NCBI GenBank assembly: GCA_008369845.1
Contig: MRSU01011236.1
Span: 1-49,374, forward strand
Length of the DNA: 49,374 bases
Direction of reading: 5' to 3'
DNA from: Trichomonas gallinae
Lineage: Eukaryota
The notes under the pieces were generated by a model. It made no database searches and had not been told where the DNA came from. It was given only the letters and a program-made list of their open reading frames with translations. Positions 19,594 to 30,892 of the stretch are shown here, piece after piece. Position numbers and translations under genes: made by a program. Each line of letters begins with the position of its first letter. Within the stretch, counting starts at the first letter, position 1.

Positions 19594-22500
19594 ATGAGCG
19601 AAGTGGATTTCGCTCCTCAAGATTTTGCGCCAAATGATGAGGAAGAAACCACTAAAATTGAGGAATCACCTCATTTATGCCCGGATGATATGAATATTAT
19701 CAATAAAATTCGCGAGATTCTTGAAAATTCTTCTGATTTAGAAGATAGCAATGGATTATTGGCGAATATCAAATCGCAATGCAATGATATCGTCACACCA
19801 AATCTATCTGACCAAGATTTTAGCAAATTATGCAAAGATTTCTCTGGAAACGTTATTAATTTTATTTTTTCCACAGATTTCAATGATAACATCAAATACG
19901 CAGTTGCAAAGTTATTCTGCAGCCAAGAAATCACAATAGATTTCGATTCTCCTGACTTAAAAGAAAATCAAATTAATAATCTTTTATTCGAAAGGAAAAA
20001 TGACATTAAATTTACAGATAAAACAACAAAGTTATTTGGCAGCTTAATTTCTGCGTTCATTGGCTCAGACAAAATCAAAATTTTGGAAAATGAAGAATCA
20101 ACAGAACCAATTTGCATGAGAACTGTTACATTTCTCAATTCCATTCTTCAATTTCTTAAGCCCGATGTATTTTCTGCTGCTATTACTTATTCAATCAACC
20201 AATTAAACAAAAAACTTTCGAAAGACGTTACGCCTGATTTCGTCATGATTTCTTCTAAATTTTTCGCAGACTATTGCAAATACACGCATGGCTTATCGAA
20301 TAGCATGATTCTTTCCATCGCAACAAATTATTTCAATCTCGAATCTCGAGCAAACAAGACAAAATTAGTTGAATACTCAATAAAAATTGCTCTTTTAGGA
20401 TCTCCGTTGAGTTCAGCGGAGCCATTGAAGAGAATTTTGTTAAATTCGTTAGAATGGGTTCAAAACGACATGTTAGCTTTACAAATCATCGAATGCTTGA
20501 CTTCTTTAGTCGGAATGGTTCCTTTCGAGCAGAAAGATGCTGATGTTATTCTTTCAAGGTCAGGTTCTCTTCCGCAAACTTGCTCAGACGCGATTATTAA
20601 GATCTACAGCAACTACTACGAATCTCTTGATACTATTGCACTCGACATTATGCCTTATGGCCAATACAACGTGTTTTCGCCAGCTTTGTGGGCATTTTTA
20701 ATTGATAAGGCTGATGAGCATTCATATTCTCAGAAATTATTCTCGCAACTTGCTGAAACGAAACCAAAGAGCAGATCCGATAGATTGGAATTGCGCGCTG
20801 GCGATAAATGCATTTATTTATTCAAAGAAGAATTAAATTCGAGTGAACCAAATGTTTCAATCAAAAATCTCGGCAATATATTATTGAGGATCATCAAGCC
20901 AGACTTAACTGTCTTATATATCGAAAAAATCTTCCAATATGGAGTATTTAATTCGGATATCGAATATGTATTCTTGGAAATTCCTCAAATGATTTCTAAA
21001 AACGATCTGGACAAGCCAATATTATGTTTCTTTGAGGCTTTAGTCTTTTCATTCACAGGACCTCAAAATTTCAATTTTGTTTCGAATATGGCCAGACTCT
21101 TTGCGCATTGGATAAACACAGCATCAAGTATCCCAGAAAACATGTTAATACAGAGATTCACGCAGATGGACTACTCAAACGCACATGTTTGTCTCCCGAG
21201 AATCTTGCAAGCTGTTTCAGAAAGAACGAGCAACAAAAGGTCAATACGCTTACTTATACAAAAAATACTAAAAGACACTGTTCCACCACAACTCGCCAGA
21301 TGGTTCACCACTTACATACTGACTGTTATTGGAGACGAGAAATCAAGAGATTCGGAGAAAACATGCGAAGCTTTGTCCGCTGCTTTGACAGATTCATCGA
21401 AAGTTTCTTCAATTATTCCAATCATTATATCTATCGCGCAGCTTGAAGCTGACTACTTCAGGATAGGCGAGCAGTTCGGCTTCGTGCAGAAATGCTTGAT
21501 AATCAAAGATGGTGAAGAATTGGAATGCACAGTAAGTTTGCATCCTTTCCATACCACTATGAGATTCTACACAGAAGTTCGCGCGATGTTGGAACTGCCA
21601 GCAAACTCTTTCCAGCTTTATTACGAGTCTAACAACAAATACATGAGGCCGAGAATGCCATTAACAGATGTACCGCTTTCTTACAATGGAATTTTGAGAT
21701 TAAATCTTGTAAGAACACAACTGACAAATGATGAAATTCCTGAAATTCAAAATTCGCAGACCCTAGGTACAATTGTTAAAGATGAAGTTGCCTCTCAGTT
21801 ATTCAACACTCTCGCGCACTTGAACGCGCAGAGCCAGCAGGTCTATTTAGTCTTAGAATTGTTGGGAAGAACAAATTACAGTTTGCCTCCGGTTATGTCG
21901 GAATTCCAAAACATTTTCATGAAGAGATTCACATTTTCAATGGAATTGGCTGAATACACGAAAATATTCCCATTCGTCTTGAGTAATTTTGCCGACACTC
22001 ACCAGTCGATTCCTCAGGCAACTGTTGAGCAGATTTTGGAGATTTTGACGACAGCTAATTTCGACAAAGTTTCTCTCGCAATTGCTGTTTCTTCAATTGT
22101 TCAACTTGTGCCTAAGGATGGATACATTTTCTCACACCACATATTACACGACTGTCTCATAACTTGCAACAGGGATTTAGTGAGACAAGGAGTTGCTGCA
22201 ATGATGAGTTATGAAACATCTAAAGACAGCTTGATTTCATTGATAAGTTATGCAACGCAAAAGGAAAACAGAAGCAAAACAAGAGAATTCTTTGGCTTGG
22301 AGAGAGTCAGAAATGACATAGACTCATATGTTTTTGACTCTTTCTTCAGAGATCTCAAACAGTTCGAGACTTCATACAACTCGGATGTAGATGTGACATT
22401 AATCTCAATGCTAGAACTTATAACGAAAACCGACGAAAACATGGAAATCGTTTACAAAATGTTATTCTCTCCGCCAACTTGTCAGAGCAAATATTCACCA

Positions 22501-25053
22501 TTTATACAGACACAGGAGTCGAGGAACGCGGCAATCAAGTTTTTGGCTTCTTTCGACTGCTTCGAAAGGATCAAGTTGTTCTGTGAAAAGGCAGATTTTA
22601 CATCTGCAAAGATTTTGACGGACGACTTCACTTTTCATCCATTATCAACATTTACTGGTGTTCAAGATTTTTCTGCTTTCCCAGCCATTTTGCAGGTTTT
22701 GTTCAGCCTTTCATGCTTCAATGCTTTGTTCCTCGATTCTAATGTCACGGCTGCCAATGATTCGCCAATTGTTCAAACGCTTAAAGAAACAATTTCATTG
22801 TCGAGAAATCTCCGCAGCTGCATTATTCCGTTAGACAAATTAGTTTCAGATACATATATAAGGAACATTGTTAACAGATTGCCAGACTCATTGTTCATTT
22901 CATTAATAGCACACTTAGATCATCAGCTCGGAATGGCAGCGAATCTTAAGGGTTTGTTTGAATCAAGAGTTGTTTCTAAAAGCAACAAATGCGATATATC
23001 AAGGCAAGCTTTGCAGTCAAGATTAACGATAGCACTTAAGACAGAGGGATTCGACAATCTCAATGACTCATTGGCTTCATTTATCACTGAGAATGAAGTC
23101 AGATTATGGCCGAGAGTTTTGGTAATTTCTCTTGATCGTGGAGATCCAAAGAAAGCTAAGTTGTCGCACGAATTCCAGATCCCTCAGTTCATTTCTCATC
23201 CAAACGGAAGCATAAACAACTACAGGCTCGCCGCTGCTGTAATACACAACGGATCTGTTTTAGTTAATGGAAAATTCTCGACGATAACAAAATCTTCAGA
23301 AAACGAATGGTTCATCAATGATAACGAGACAATTTCCAGTTTCGATATCAACGATTTTCCAAAACACGCGTTCGGAATAACTGATCCTTTGTTCAACAAC
23401 GGAGTGAGATCGGCTACTCTTCTGTTTTACATCCAAGAAGGTTTCAGTGTTAAATGCGACACTGTTCCACAGAAACTTATTGATACTATCGATAAAGAAA
23501 ATTGCGAATTCTGGCCGCTGAAAGTTTGCACATCAGAATCTTTCTCTGATCTACTTTTGACTCAGTTCAGGGGCGAAAAGCATCACAGGGTTTTCTTCTT
23601 GAACTACTTCTTCCACATTGGCTCTAAGACTTCGAAATTCCAGGAGTGGTGCAAGAAGATCAGCGACTCAGTTTTAGTCGACAAAAGTGGCGCTGATTTA
23701 TATTTGAAGGAATTAGAGAAGATAGATATTGCTCAGATGGCGACAAGCAATGTCAGCGCTGTCGAAAGCTTGATGAAACTGGCAGCGTTGGCATTGCATT
23801 TCGTTGAAAACAGCGAGGAAATGTTCAACGCAATCATCGAGTCCTTTAATACTGTTGACAACTGGGTAACTTATGATATTTTATGCGCCTTCGTCAGCGA
23901 GTTCATTAAATCTCACAAAGCTTCGTTGAATCCTCACCTTTTGAGGACAACAATCACGGCATTAACAGACAAAAGAGATCCAATGACAGTCAGCGCGTCA
24001 AAGAATATTGGAGACTGCTTGGATACAATATTGAACACAATTGAGGAGTTTACAAAAGAAAAGGGGGACGAATCAATTTCTGCTTTGGAAGAAATATTCG
24101 ATTCAACATTCCTTGGAACCTTTTCGGAGAGGAACGCAACTTCCCAGAAGTTCCAGGAGTTACTGACATTGACGGCTGAAAACTATCCAGATATGATTGC
24201 TGCAGTTGAGCAATTTATTCCTGGCAGTTTGAGATCATCTGTCATGAGCAAGATTCATGCTTCAGAGATGAAAGATGCTGACGATGACACTCCTGAAATT
24301 CCTTACGAATTGGTTATACCTGAGCTCGAGAACCAGATCTTCAGCTTGGATGAAGAAGCAAGAGAAATTGCTTACAACTGTTTGATTTCTTTTTGTGGAA
24401 AAGAAAACCGCGAAATAAGAGATTATCTTAGCGAGGCTTTCTTCGATGAATCATTGCAAATACCAGAAATCAATGAAGAAGATACGGCAACTTATATTAT
24501 TCCTCTTTTCATTCCAAGGGTTCACGAGTTCATAGAAAACGAAAGAGATGAAGTGAGAGTATTAGAGTTTTCAAAACTTCTTAAAGAACTTTCACTTAAT
24601 TCACCTTCTGTAACATCAAGGCACCTGAAGGAAATATTGGACATCTTATTGAAAGCTAAGGACGAGGAAATCGCCGAAAACATTTTCGAGGCTTTCGTGA
24701 ATTCAGCAATTTTAGACGAAGAAATGCTCGATGATGATATTAAGGGAGAATTCGCTACATTATCCAAGGCCTTCAATCGCAAATGCATACAAATACTTGC
24801 CCTTCTCAAAGAGAAAGCAAACTCGTCACCTTTCGCAGCTGCCTGCATCAACTTCTGCTTGTCTCAAGATTTCGATGAAACAAGTGAATTGCTCGAGAAA
24901 ATTATCAAAGAAGGACTCAACCCTGGACAAATTGAAATTCCAGAAGATACAAGTAATAAGAAACTTGCTAAGATCCTCAGCGATTTAATTGAACAAGAAA
25001 ACGAACCAAAGGCAAAGACTTCAAACTCACCCAAGAAAAAGAAGAAGAAATAA
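19594..25053 (+). CDS. Large USP (peptidase C19)-like protein, USP9/24/34-like architecture, probably catalytically inactive
   Basis: Helical N-terminus, UBL-like segment, Cys-box remnant FTGVQDFSAFPAILQVLF, WPRVLVISLDR, and His-box remnant YRLAAAVIHNG...GKFST...WFINDNETI...ATLLFY. Confidence 0.75.
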   Translation: MSEVDFAPQDFAPNDEEETTKIEESPHLCPDDMNIINKIREILENSSDLEDSNGLLANIKSQCNDIVTPNLSDQDFSKLCKDFSGNVINFIFSTDFNDNIKYAVAKLFCSQEITIDFDSPDLKENQINNLLFERKNDIKFTDKTTKLFGSLISAFIGSDKIKILENEESTEPICMRTVTFLNSILQFLKPDVFSAAITYSINQLNKKLSKDVTPDFVMISSKFFADYCKYTHGLSNSMILSIATNYFNLESRANKTKLVEYSIKIALLGSPLSSAEPLKRILLNSLEWVQNDMLALQIIECLTSLVGMVPFEQKDADVILSRSGSLPQTCSDAIIKIYSNYYESLDTIALDIMPYGQYNVFSPALWAFLIDKADEHSYSQKLFSQLAETKPKSRSDRLELRAGDKCIYLFKEELNSSEPNVSIKNLGNILLRIIKPDLTVLYIEKIFQYGVFNSDIEYVFLEIPQMISKNDLDKPILCFFEALVFSFTGPQNFNFVSNMARLFAHWINTASSIPENMLIQRFTQMDYSNAHVCLPRILQAVSERTSNKRSIRLLIQKILKDTVPPQLARWFTTYILTVIGDEKSRDSEKTCEALSAALTDSSKVSSIIPIIISIAQLEADYFRIGEQFGFVQKCLIIKDGEELECTVSLHPFHTTMRFYTEVRAMLELPANSFQLYYESNNKYMRPRMPLTDVPLSYNGILRLNLVRTQLTNDEIPEIQNSQTLGTIVKDEVASQLFNTLAHLNAQSQQVYLVLELLGRTNYSLPPVMSEFQNIFMKRFTFSMELAEYTKIFPFVLSNFADTHQSIPQATVEQILEILTTANFDKVSLAIAVSSIVQLVPKDGYIFSHHILHDCLITCNRDLVRQGVAAMMSYETSKDSLISLISYATQKENRSKTREFFGLERVRNDIDSYVFDSFFRDLKQFETSYNSDVDVTLISMLELITKTDENMEIVYKMLFSPPTCQSKYSPFIQTQESRNAAIKFLASFDCFERIKLFCEKADFTSAKILTDDFTFHPLSTFTGVQDFSAFPAILQVLFSLSCFNALFLDSNVTAANDSPIVQTLKETISLSRNLRSCIIPLDKLVSDTYIRNIVNRLPDSLFISLIAHLDHQLGMAANLKGLFESRVVSKSNKCDISRQALQSRLTIALKTEGFDNLNDSLASFITENEVRLWPRVLVISLDRGDPKKAKLSHEFQIPQFISHPNGSINNYRLAAAVIHNGSVLVNGKFSTITKSSENEWFINDNETISSFDINDFPKHAFGITDPLFNNGVRSATLLFYIQEGFSVKCDTVPQKLIDTIDKENCEFWPLKVCTSESFSDLLLTQFRGEKHHRVFFLNYFFHIGSKTSKFQEWCKKISDSVLVDKSGADLYLKELEKIDIAQMATSNVSAVESLMKLAALALHFVENSEEMFNAIIESFNTVDNWVTYDILCAFVSEFIKSHKASLNPHLLRTTITALTDKRDPMTVSASKNIGDCLDTILNTIEEFTKEKGDESISALEEIFDSTFLGTFSERNATSQKFQELLTLTAENYPDMIAAVEQFIPGSLRSSVMSKIHASEMKDADDDTPEIPYELVIPELENQIFSLDEEAREIAYNCLISFCGKENREIRDYLSEAFFDESLQIPEINEEDTATYIIPLFIPRVHEFIENERDEVRVLEFSKLLKELSLNSPSVTSRHLKEILDILLKAKDEEIAENIFEAFVNSAILDEEMLDDDIKGEFATLSKAFNRKCIQILALLKEKANSSPFAAACINFCLSQDFDETSELLEKIIKEGLNPGQIEIPEDTSNKKLAKILSDLIEQENEPKAKTSNSPKKKKKK

Positions 25054-25307
25054 TTTATTAAATACATTATCTGTTTTATAAACAATACATTTTATAAATT
25101 ATATTTTTAACTTATAAAAACTGGTCAGCTTGAGTGTGATTATAATTGATAGGATTCTTCCTAATATCGTGATTAGTATTATCGTGATTTGTATTCATCA
25201 ATAATTAGGTAATAATTGTCATGTAAATTTGTATTTTTGACACTATGTCAAAATTTGTCAATTGTGGATTATTTTGAATTCAATAATTTTTTTAACGCAT
25301 AATAACA

Positions 25308-27044
25308 ATGGATTATCAACAAATAGGAACGGATGCAGTTTCATTTAATACAACTGTAACATACATTAATGCGCGACCTCTTATTGCTACTTCTCGAAAA
25401 ATTGCACGAATTATCGATCAAAATAAAAGTGAAGATGATAAAATTGAATTAAATATTGATTGTCCATTTCCTGAAGATGTTTTTAAGCTATTTTCTGAGA
25501 TGTCTTTTCAAGGGCAGCCATTGTTTAAGATCCATAACGTATTTAAAGTATTATGCGCGGCAGATTATTTCGAAAATTACGAATTGAAGCAAAAAGCAAT
25601 GGAATATGCAAGAAAAAGCGTCGAACCACAATATATAGTTGAAATTTTTAATCATTACATCAAAATAAAATGGAGATGGCTCGAGCCATTCTACGAATTG
25701 TTCGCACTTGATATCAGTAAGTTTATCCAGCGACAAGACTTCTCACTGATTGATATTAATTACTTAGTTCGCATTCTTCATAGATCTGAAATCCAAAAAA
25801 TTCCTCCAGAAGTTATTACTAAGTTTGCAATTACAGAAATTGAAAGATACAAACGCCCTGATGCTGTTAAACTCATTGATTTTGCTTCTTTAGATGAAAG
25901 AAATATTCGTAAAATTTCAGAGCTACTTTCAAGCCTAGGATTCAAAGGTCATGCATACATGGTCTATTCGATCCTAAAAATGCGTAAATCGGTCCAAACA
26001 GACAATATTCCTCCACAATTACTTATTAAAAAACCGTTCAAGTTCAACTACTTTGATGGCATTTTTGCGGGCTTAAAGGAGGTGACAGGCTCCAAGAATC
26101 TCATCCTTGATGGCATCATATCTTTCAACTCGAGCTCAAACGATCCGGTTTCAATCGCGGAGCCAGTTGCAAACAAAAAATGGTCATCGACAGACAGAAA
26201 GAATTGCAGCATAATTTTCAAGCTGCAGAATGCGCGCGCTGTAGTCACAGGGTACAGAATTCGCTCCTCAAATGACAATTTCCCGGTTGGCTGGAAGGTA
26301 GAAGGAAGCTACAACGGCGGCGATAGTTGGTATCTAATTGATGAGCAAAAGAACTGCGCGGACATTTCAACGCCTCACACAACCAAAATATATAACATCG
26401 AGGCATCTTACATAGAAGAGTTTGATATGATAAGACTGACACAGACACAGCCAAACAGTGAAGGAAATCACATTTTCGCGTTAAATCATTTCGATATCTA
26501 CGGAACTTTGTATCAAGGTGCTGAAGAAGAAAAATTCGAAATCCAAGAGGATATGGTATACAGCAATGCAATTTTATCCTCGCTCCATGATAGAAGACGG
26601 CTTATGGTGACATCGTCCGTAAACTCACCGCATTACCTCCTTGAATATTTCAGATGCGAGCCTTGGGAGTCAATGGAGAATGATGAGAATCCTGCGATAA
26701 CTTTCGATTTTAAGACTCACAGAGTTTCTCCTGTGGGCTATTTGCTGAGAACAGGAAACTACCCTATTGATGGTGGCCACCCTGTATCATGGGATTTCCT
26801 TGTTGGAAACACGCTTGATACACTGATGGTAATTCACTCTGTGCGCGATAATTACACAGATTTAAACGCTCCGCATGTGTTTAAGTATTTCCAGATACCA
26901 AATCCTATTGGCAGGCTATTTAGATTTGTACAGATAAGAATGGCCGGCCCCAACTCTATAGGAACAAATGTCTTTTGTTTAGACGCTGTTGAACTCTATG
27001 GTGATTTGATGACTTCAATGGGAGAAGAGAAGTGCATGAAATGA
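25308..27044 (+). CDS. BTB/POZ-BACK-like protein with two F5/8 type C (discoidin-like) domains
   Basis: N-terminal NVFKVLCAADYF. Two repeats of GYRIRS...PVGWKVEGS...IRLTQTQPN...DIYG and GYLLRT...PVSWDF...IRMAGPN...ELYG. Confidence 0.8.
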   Translation: MDYQQIGTDAVSFNTTVTYINARPLIATSRKIARIIDQNKSEDDKIELNIDCPFPEDVFKLFSEMSFQGQPLFKIHNVFKVLCAADYFENYELKQKAMEYARKSVEPQYIVEIFNHYIKIKWRWLEPFYELFALDISKFIQRQDFSLIDINYLVRILHRSEIQKIPPEVITKFAITEIERYKRPDAVKLIDFASLDERNIRKISELLSSLGFKGHAYMVYSILKMRKSVQTDNIPPQLLIKKPFKFNYFDGIFAGLKEVTGSKNLILDGIISFNSSSNDPVSIAEPVANKKWSSTDRKNCSIIFKLQNARAVVTGYRIRSSNDNFPVGWKVEGSYNGGDSWYLIDEQKNCADISTPHTTKIYNIEASYIEEFDMIRLTQTQPNSEGNHIFALNHFDIYGTLYQGAEEEKFEIQEDMVYSNAILSSLHDRRRLMVTSSVNSPHYLLEYFRCEPWESMENDENPAITFDFKTHRVSPVGYLLRTGNYPIDGGHPVSWDFLVGNTLDTLMVIHSVRDNYTDLNAPHVFKYFQIPNPIGRLFRFVQIRMAGPNSIGTNVFCLDAVELYGDLMTSMGEEKCMK

Positions 27045-27340
27045 ATATATATAATTATCCATGTATATTATTGTTGTTTTGTAAATATATTTTGTTTATA
27101 TCACTAATAGCTAAGCCAAGAAAATTTTATAAAAATTTTTTTATAAAAAAAACAATTAAAATTGAAATAATTTTGGTTTCAGGAAGAAAAGTATATCTAA
27201 CATAATATATTCATGATGATATGCATACAAATAATGAGCTGCCTATCATGATATCTTTAAAGTTTTGTCAAAATAAGCACTCCAGTAAAAATAGATATAG
27301 TAAATTGACAAATGATAAATGGTTTATTTATGAATACAAG

Positions 27341-30019
27341 TTAGATATTTCTAATTCTAGCATGAATTTCCTTGGCTGACAGAGATAGCTGACTTTCGGA
27401 TTGTTGAACTTCAGCGGCTGAAATTAAGTTTATTACCCATCTAGAGTTCAGCTGTTGATTGATAGGTGTTCCAATCTGAAGAGTTAATGTGCGGACAAGA
27501 TTGCAGAATGTGTGGAGCATAATCCTAGTTGATCTGCTAGGCTTGTATCCCATACAATCCTTAGTAGTTTCTTCGACATTCTTTATTGACATGAAAATGT
27601 CAGTAACATTCTGCATGATGAATGTTTCAGCGCGCGTTTCTCTATTTATAATCAAAGGTCCTTCCTGGTCGATGCACTTTTCTATGACATTGTTATATGC
27701 GATGAATATTACTGCCGCACATTCTAAAACGGACTCCATACCGTCAGTGTACATCAAGTTCTTAAGTGTTGTCATATTCGACTTGAAAGCAACCATGGCG
27801 TCAACTCTGATCTGATAAAACACCTCCATTGGCAGGTGCCTTATTACGTTTGCGATGCCTCTTAATATAGCATACTTTATATTTCCACTCGAGATATGCT
27901 CGTTCGACAAAATTTCGTACAAACGCGCATAAACTTCGGGCGCGATTCCAGTCAAATATTCGTTCGGATCTATGTAATCGAAGATGTCAGAGATGGCTAG
28001 CGATCCTTGTCTTATGATTTCTGGTGTCTGTGTTTGTAAGCATGCCATGAACAGCTGGAAAACTGGCTCAGCGAAGGCAATTGAGCTGCTTCCGAAAGCA
28101 TATACGATATGGATTATCGGCTGTATAAGAAACTCTTCGATTCCGTTCTGCAATGCGGTCAGGCAGTTCTGCAGCATCTGCTGGAAGCCACTCGGATCTA
28201 CATGCCTCGCCATCCTCGAGATTGCTGTTGATAAAACAATCGTAATGCCTTCGAACTCTGTGAAGACTGGATGAGTCTGGGAATAAACTTGGAGGTAAGT
28301 GCCATACATCGCCTCCCAGTTAGGATAGAACTGGTCGTAGATGAGTTTGTATGCTTCTGTAGCATTGTCTGGAAGATGGCTAAGGAATTTTTGAATTAAG
28401 TAATATGACTCTCGCCACATATCAGTTGAAGCCTTGATAGCTTCACTTTGAGTGAGCTGAACCAAGAACTCCATGATTGTTTGGAAGTTAACAAGAAGAT
28501 AAGAATCTTTATCTCCTGGCTCGAACTGCCCGAAGAGCAAAGAGAGCAAACTAGTCGTGTTGAGGAAAACGTCCGTATGGTTGACCAAAGCTTGTGTGGC
28601 AAAATTGAAGACATAGTCGAGAATTTCTTTCTGATCTAGGTATTCCGATTTGTCGACGAATGTATCGAAAACATTCAGACAGGCGACCTTCGTATTCTTG
28701 TCTAAGCCTGGCACGTTGAATATTTCGGATACCCACTGTAAGATCGGCATCTTTGCCTCTAAAATTCCTTCAACATTGTTGATTGAGAACATAATCTGTA
28801 CTACTGCCATCGCGTTGATGTATTTATCTGGACTGGACTCTCTTATCTCGTTGAGTACAGCGCTGGACTGCTCCCAGATAAATTCTGGGAAATGTACTGC
28901 AAGTTCGCCGAGAGCATATAAAGATTTAATTTGAAGCATGTCGTTTTGGGATGATTCGACATCACTGTAATAACCTGCGGCTATATGTTGTATCAACAAA
29001 GTGCTGAGTTGCTCAACAATCGGTTCATATACAGGAGGTTTAAGATAGTGAACTAACTTATTCCATAAAATGACTTTTGCTATAGTATTATCATTTGGCA
29101 GACTGTAGTCTTCAACTTCTGGCTTCGTTAATCCAAAAAGCTCTTCAATTAATTCAGGTTCAGCCACTTTTGATGTAACAATGAATGTGCCCAACGATTT
29201 GGTTAGATCTTTGTAGAACCTCACGCTGAGTGCGTTTTCAGGAAGCTCAAAAACTGACCTGAAAAACGTTAAAAGTATGTCGCAATTTTGAGCATCATTT
29301 GTAATTAAGAATGAAGCTTCTTCCAATTCTATTGAAATGAAATTCATAGCTAATTCTGGCAATTGTTCTGGAATGCCTTCTGTAGACATTACATGCTCCA
29401 TTAAAGAAAGCAAGATTTGGAATAATGCTTTATGCATTGGACGATTTATTCTGTATTTTGTGTAGTTGACTACATGTCTGTGAATAGACTGAATAATAGC
29501 TTGTAAATAGCCAAATTTCTGAAAAATATTCGTCGAATCGGATTTTATTTCTTCGATGGCATTAGAAATCAATGGAGTCCTGCCAGCTGTTTTTGAAAGA
29601 TATATATCGAATAAATAACTGAGAATAATAGCTGCAAAATCACGAAACCTATCTATGTAACTTGATGTTGCGAATTTGTATGTCTCTAATATTAAATTTT
29701 GTTGACCTTCGTTAAATCTTTCTACGTAAATATTCGAGAGGACCTCAATTCCCATAATTGAAGTTGTTTTTAGAATATTTGATGCATTAATGATAGATGC
29801 CATCAAAATTGTATGAGATTCAGCATTCATTTGCTCTTTTGGATCTGTTGGAATACCGCTTTTTTGAATAATAAGTGTTAAATTATAAAAGAATTGAAAA
29901 GAATCACTATTTTTGAGTCCTTCCAACTGACTAGTTGCATCCTGGTTGCCTACAGATTGCAATAGCATTGCAGACAGCTGGTTTATAGCCTCATCACTCG
30001 GGTCAAGAATTAGATTCAT
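27341..30019 (-). CDS. Importin-beta/karyopherin-like HEAT-repeat protein
   Basis: 892-aa acidic all-helical protein. The N-terminus resembles IBN_N (ATSQLEGLK...FFYNLTLII) and the C-terminal HEAT pattern (GSLAISDIF, IKYAILRGIANV) resembles importin-beta. Confidence 0.6.
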   Translation of the reverse strand: MNLILDPSDEAINQLSAMLLQSVGNQDATSQLEGLKNSDSFQFFYNLTLIIQKSGIPTDPKEQMNAESHTILMASIINASNILKTTSIMGIEVLSNIYVERFNEGQQNLILETYKFATSSYIDRFRDFAAIILSYLFDIYLSKTAGRTPLISNAIEEIKSDSTNIFQKFGYLQAIIQSIHRHVVNYTKYRINRPMHKALFQILLSLMEHVMSTEGIPEQLPELAMNFISIELEEASFLITNDAQNCDILLTFFRSVFELPENALSVRFYKDLTKSLGTFIVTSKVAEPELIEELFGLTKPEVEDYSLPNDNTIAKVILWNKLVHYLKPPVYEPIVEQLSTLLIQHIAAGYYSDVESSQNDMLQIKSLYALGELAVHFPEFIWEQSSAVLNEIRESSPDKYINAMAVVQIMFSINNVEGILEAKMPILQWVSEIFNVPGLDKNTKVACLNVFDTFVDKSEYLDQKEILDYVFNFATQALVNHTDVFLNTTSLLSLLFGQFEPGDKDSYLLVNFQTIMEFLVQLTQSEAIKASTDMWRESYYLIQKFLSHLPDNATEAYKLIYDQFYPNWEAMYGTYLQVYSQTHPVFTEFEGITIVLSTAISRMARHVDPSGFQQMLQNCLTALQNGIEEFLIQPIIHIVYAFGSSSIAFAEPVFQLFMACLQTQTPEIIRQGSLAISDIFDYIDPNEYLTGIAPEVYARLYEILSNEHISSGNIKYAILRGIANVIRHLPMEVFYQIRVDAMVAFKSNMTTLKNLMYTDGMESVLECAAVIFIAYNNVIEKCIDQEGPLIINRETRAETFIMQNVTDIFMSIKNVEETTKDCMGYKPSRSTRIMLHTFCNLVRTLTLQIGTPINQQLNSRWVINLISAAEVQQSESQLSLSAKEIHARIRNI

Positions 30020-30186
30020 TTATTTGTGATGTTGGTCGTGAGTCAAATTTGATGTCATTGCGATCTACCAATGAAAATAACTATAAATATATGAAAATTT
30101 TGGTAATTTTTTTATGTCTTAATAAGGTTAATTTATGGTCTCGAAATAATTTTCATTTTAAAAGCATTATTATACAACATTTCATT

Positions 30187-30455
30187 TATATTTCACTTTT
30201 TGCATTAAAAGTTTCCTATATTCCATAGATTTCAGATTTTTGAAAAAAATCTTTTTAATTTTTCATTCTAATAGGATTTCGATATAATACTACATCCATA
30301 TATCACTTTTTGCTTTAAACAATTCATGAATTTCATAGATTTCAGATTGTTGAAATAAAATATTTTTATTTCCTCATTCTATATAACACTAAATCTATAT
30401 ATCACTTTTCCATTAGACAATTCTTGAAACCCATTGCCTTCTCATTGTTGAAATT
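30187..30455. repeat. Degenerate tandem repeat, about 100-110 bp unit, about 2.5 copies
   Basis: TAT(A/T)TCACTTTT recurs near 30187, 30299 and 30397. The first two units also share CATAGATTTCAGATT...TGAAA...TCATTCTA; the third is more degenerate. Confidence 0.7.
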
Positions 30456-30892
30456 GATTCTGATATGAAAAGACATATTTCGGCATGATCATTAGACTAA
30501 TATTAATAGAAATAAACTGTTTGTATATAATAGCACGCAAAAAATCTAATTATTGTAAAATATTCATTTATATATCTTAGTTAAATATAATCAGAAGGAT
30601 ATATACGCAACCAAAGATGATAATATGAGATAGATTCTTTATCTTTGTTATGAATTAAACACATATATCAAATGGAAATTTTTTATTATGTGTTCTGATC
30701 TTTGACTTTCAACATTGGATTCTTATTGTGTTACAGTGGAAATATCTTGAATATATATTAGGATTGAGTTGCGTCTGACAATAAAACCAGTTTACATGGC
30801 AGAAAATTGTATTAATGAATTTAGCTTCTACAATAAAAGGAATAAGCAATTTGATATGTATGGATGTTGAAAATAATGAAATTAATTAATAT

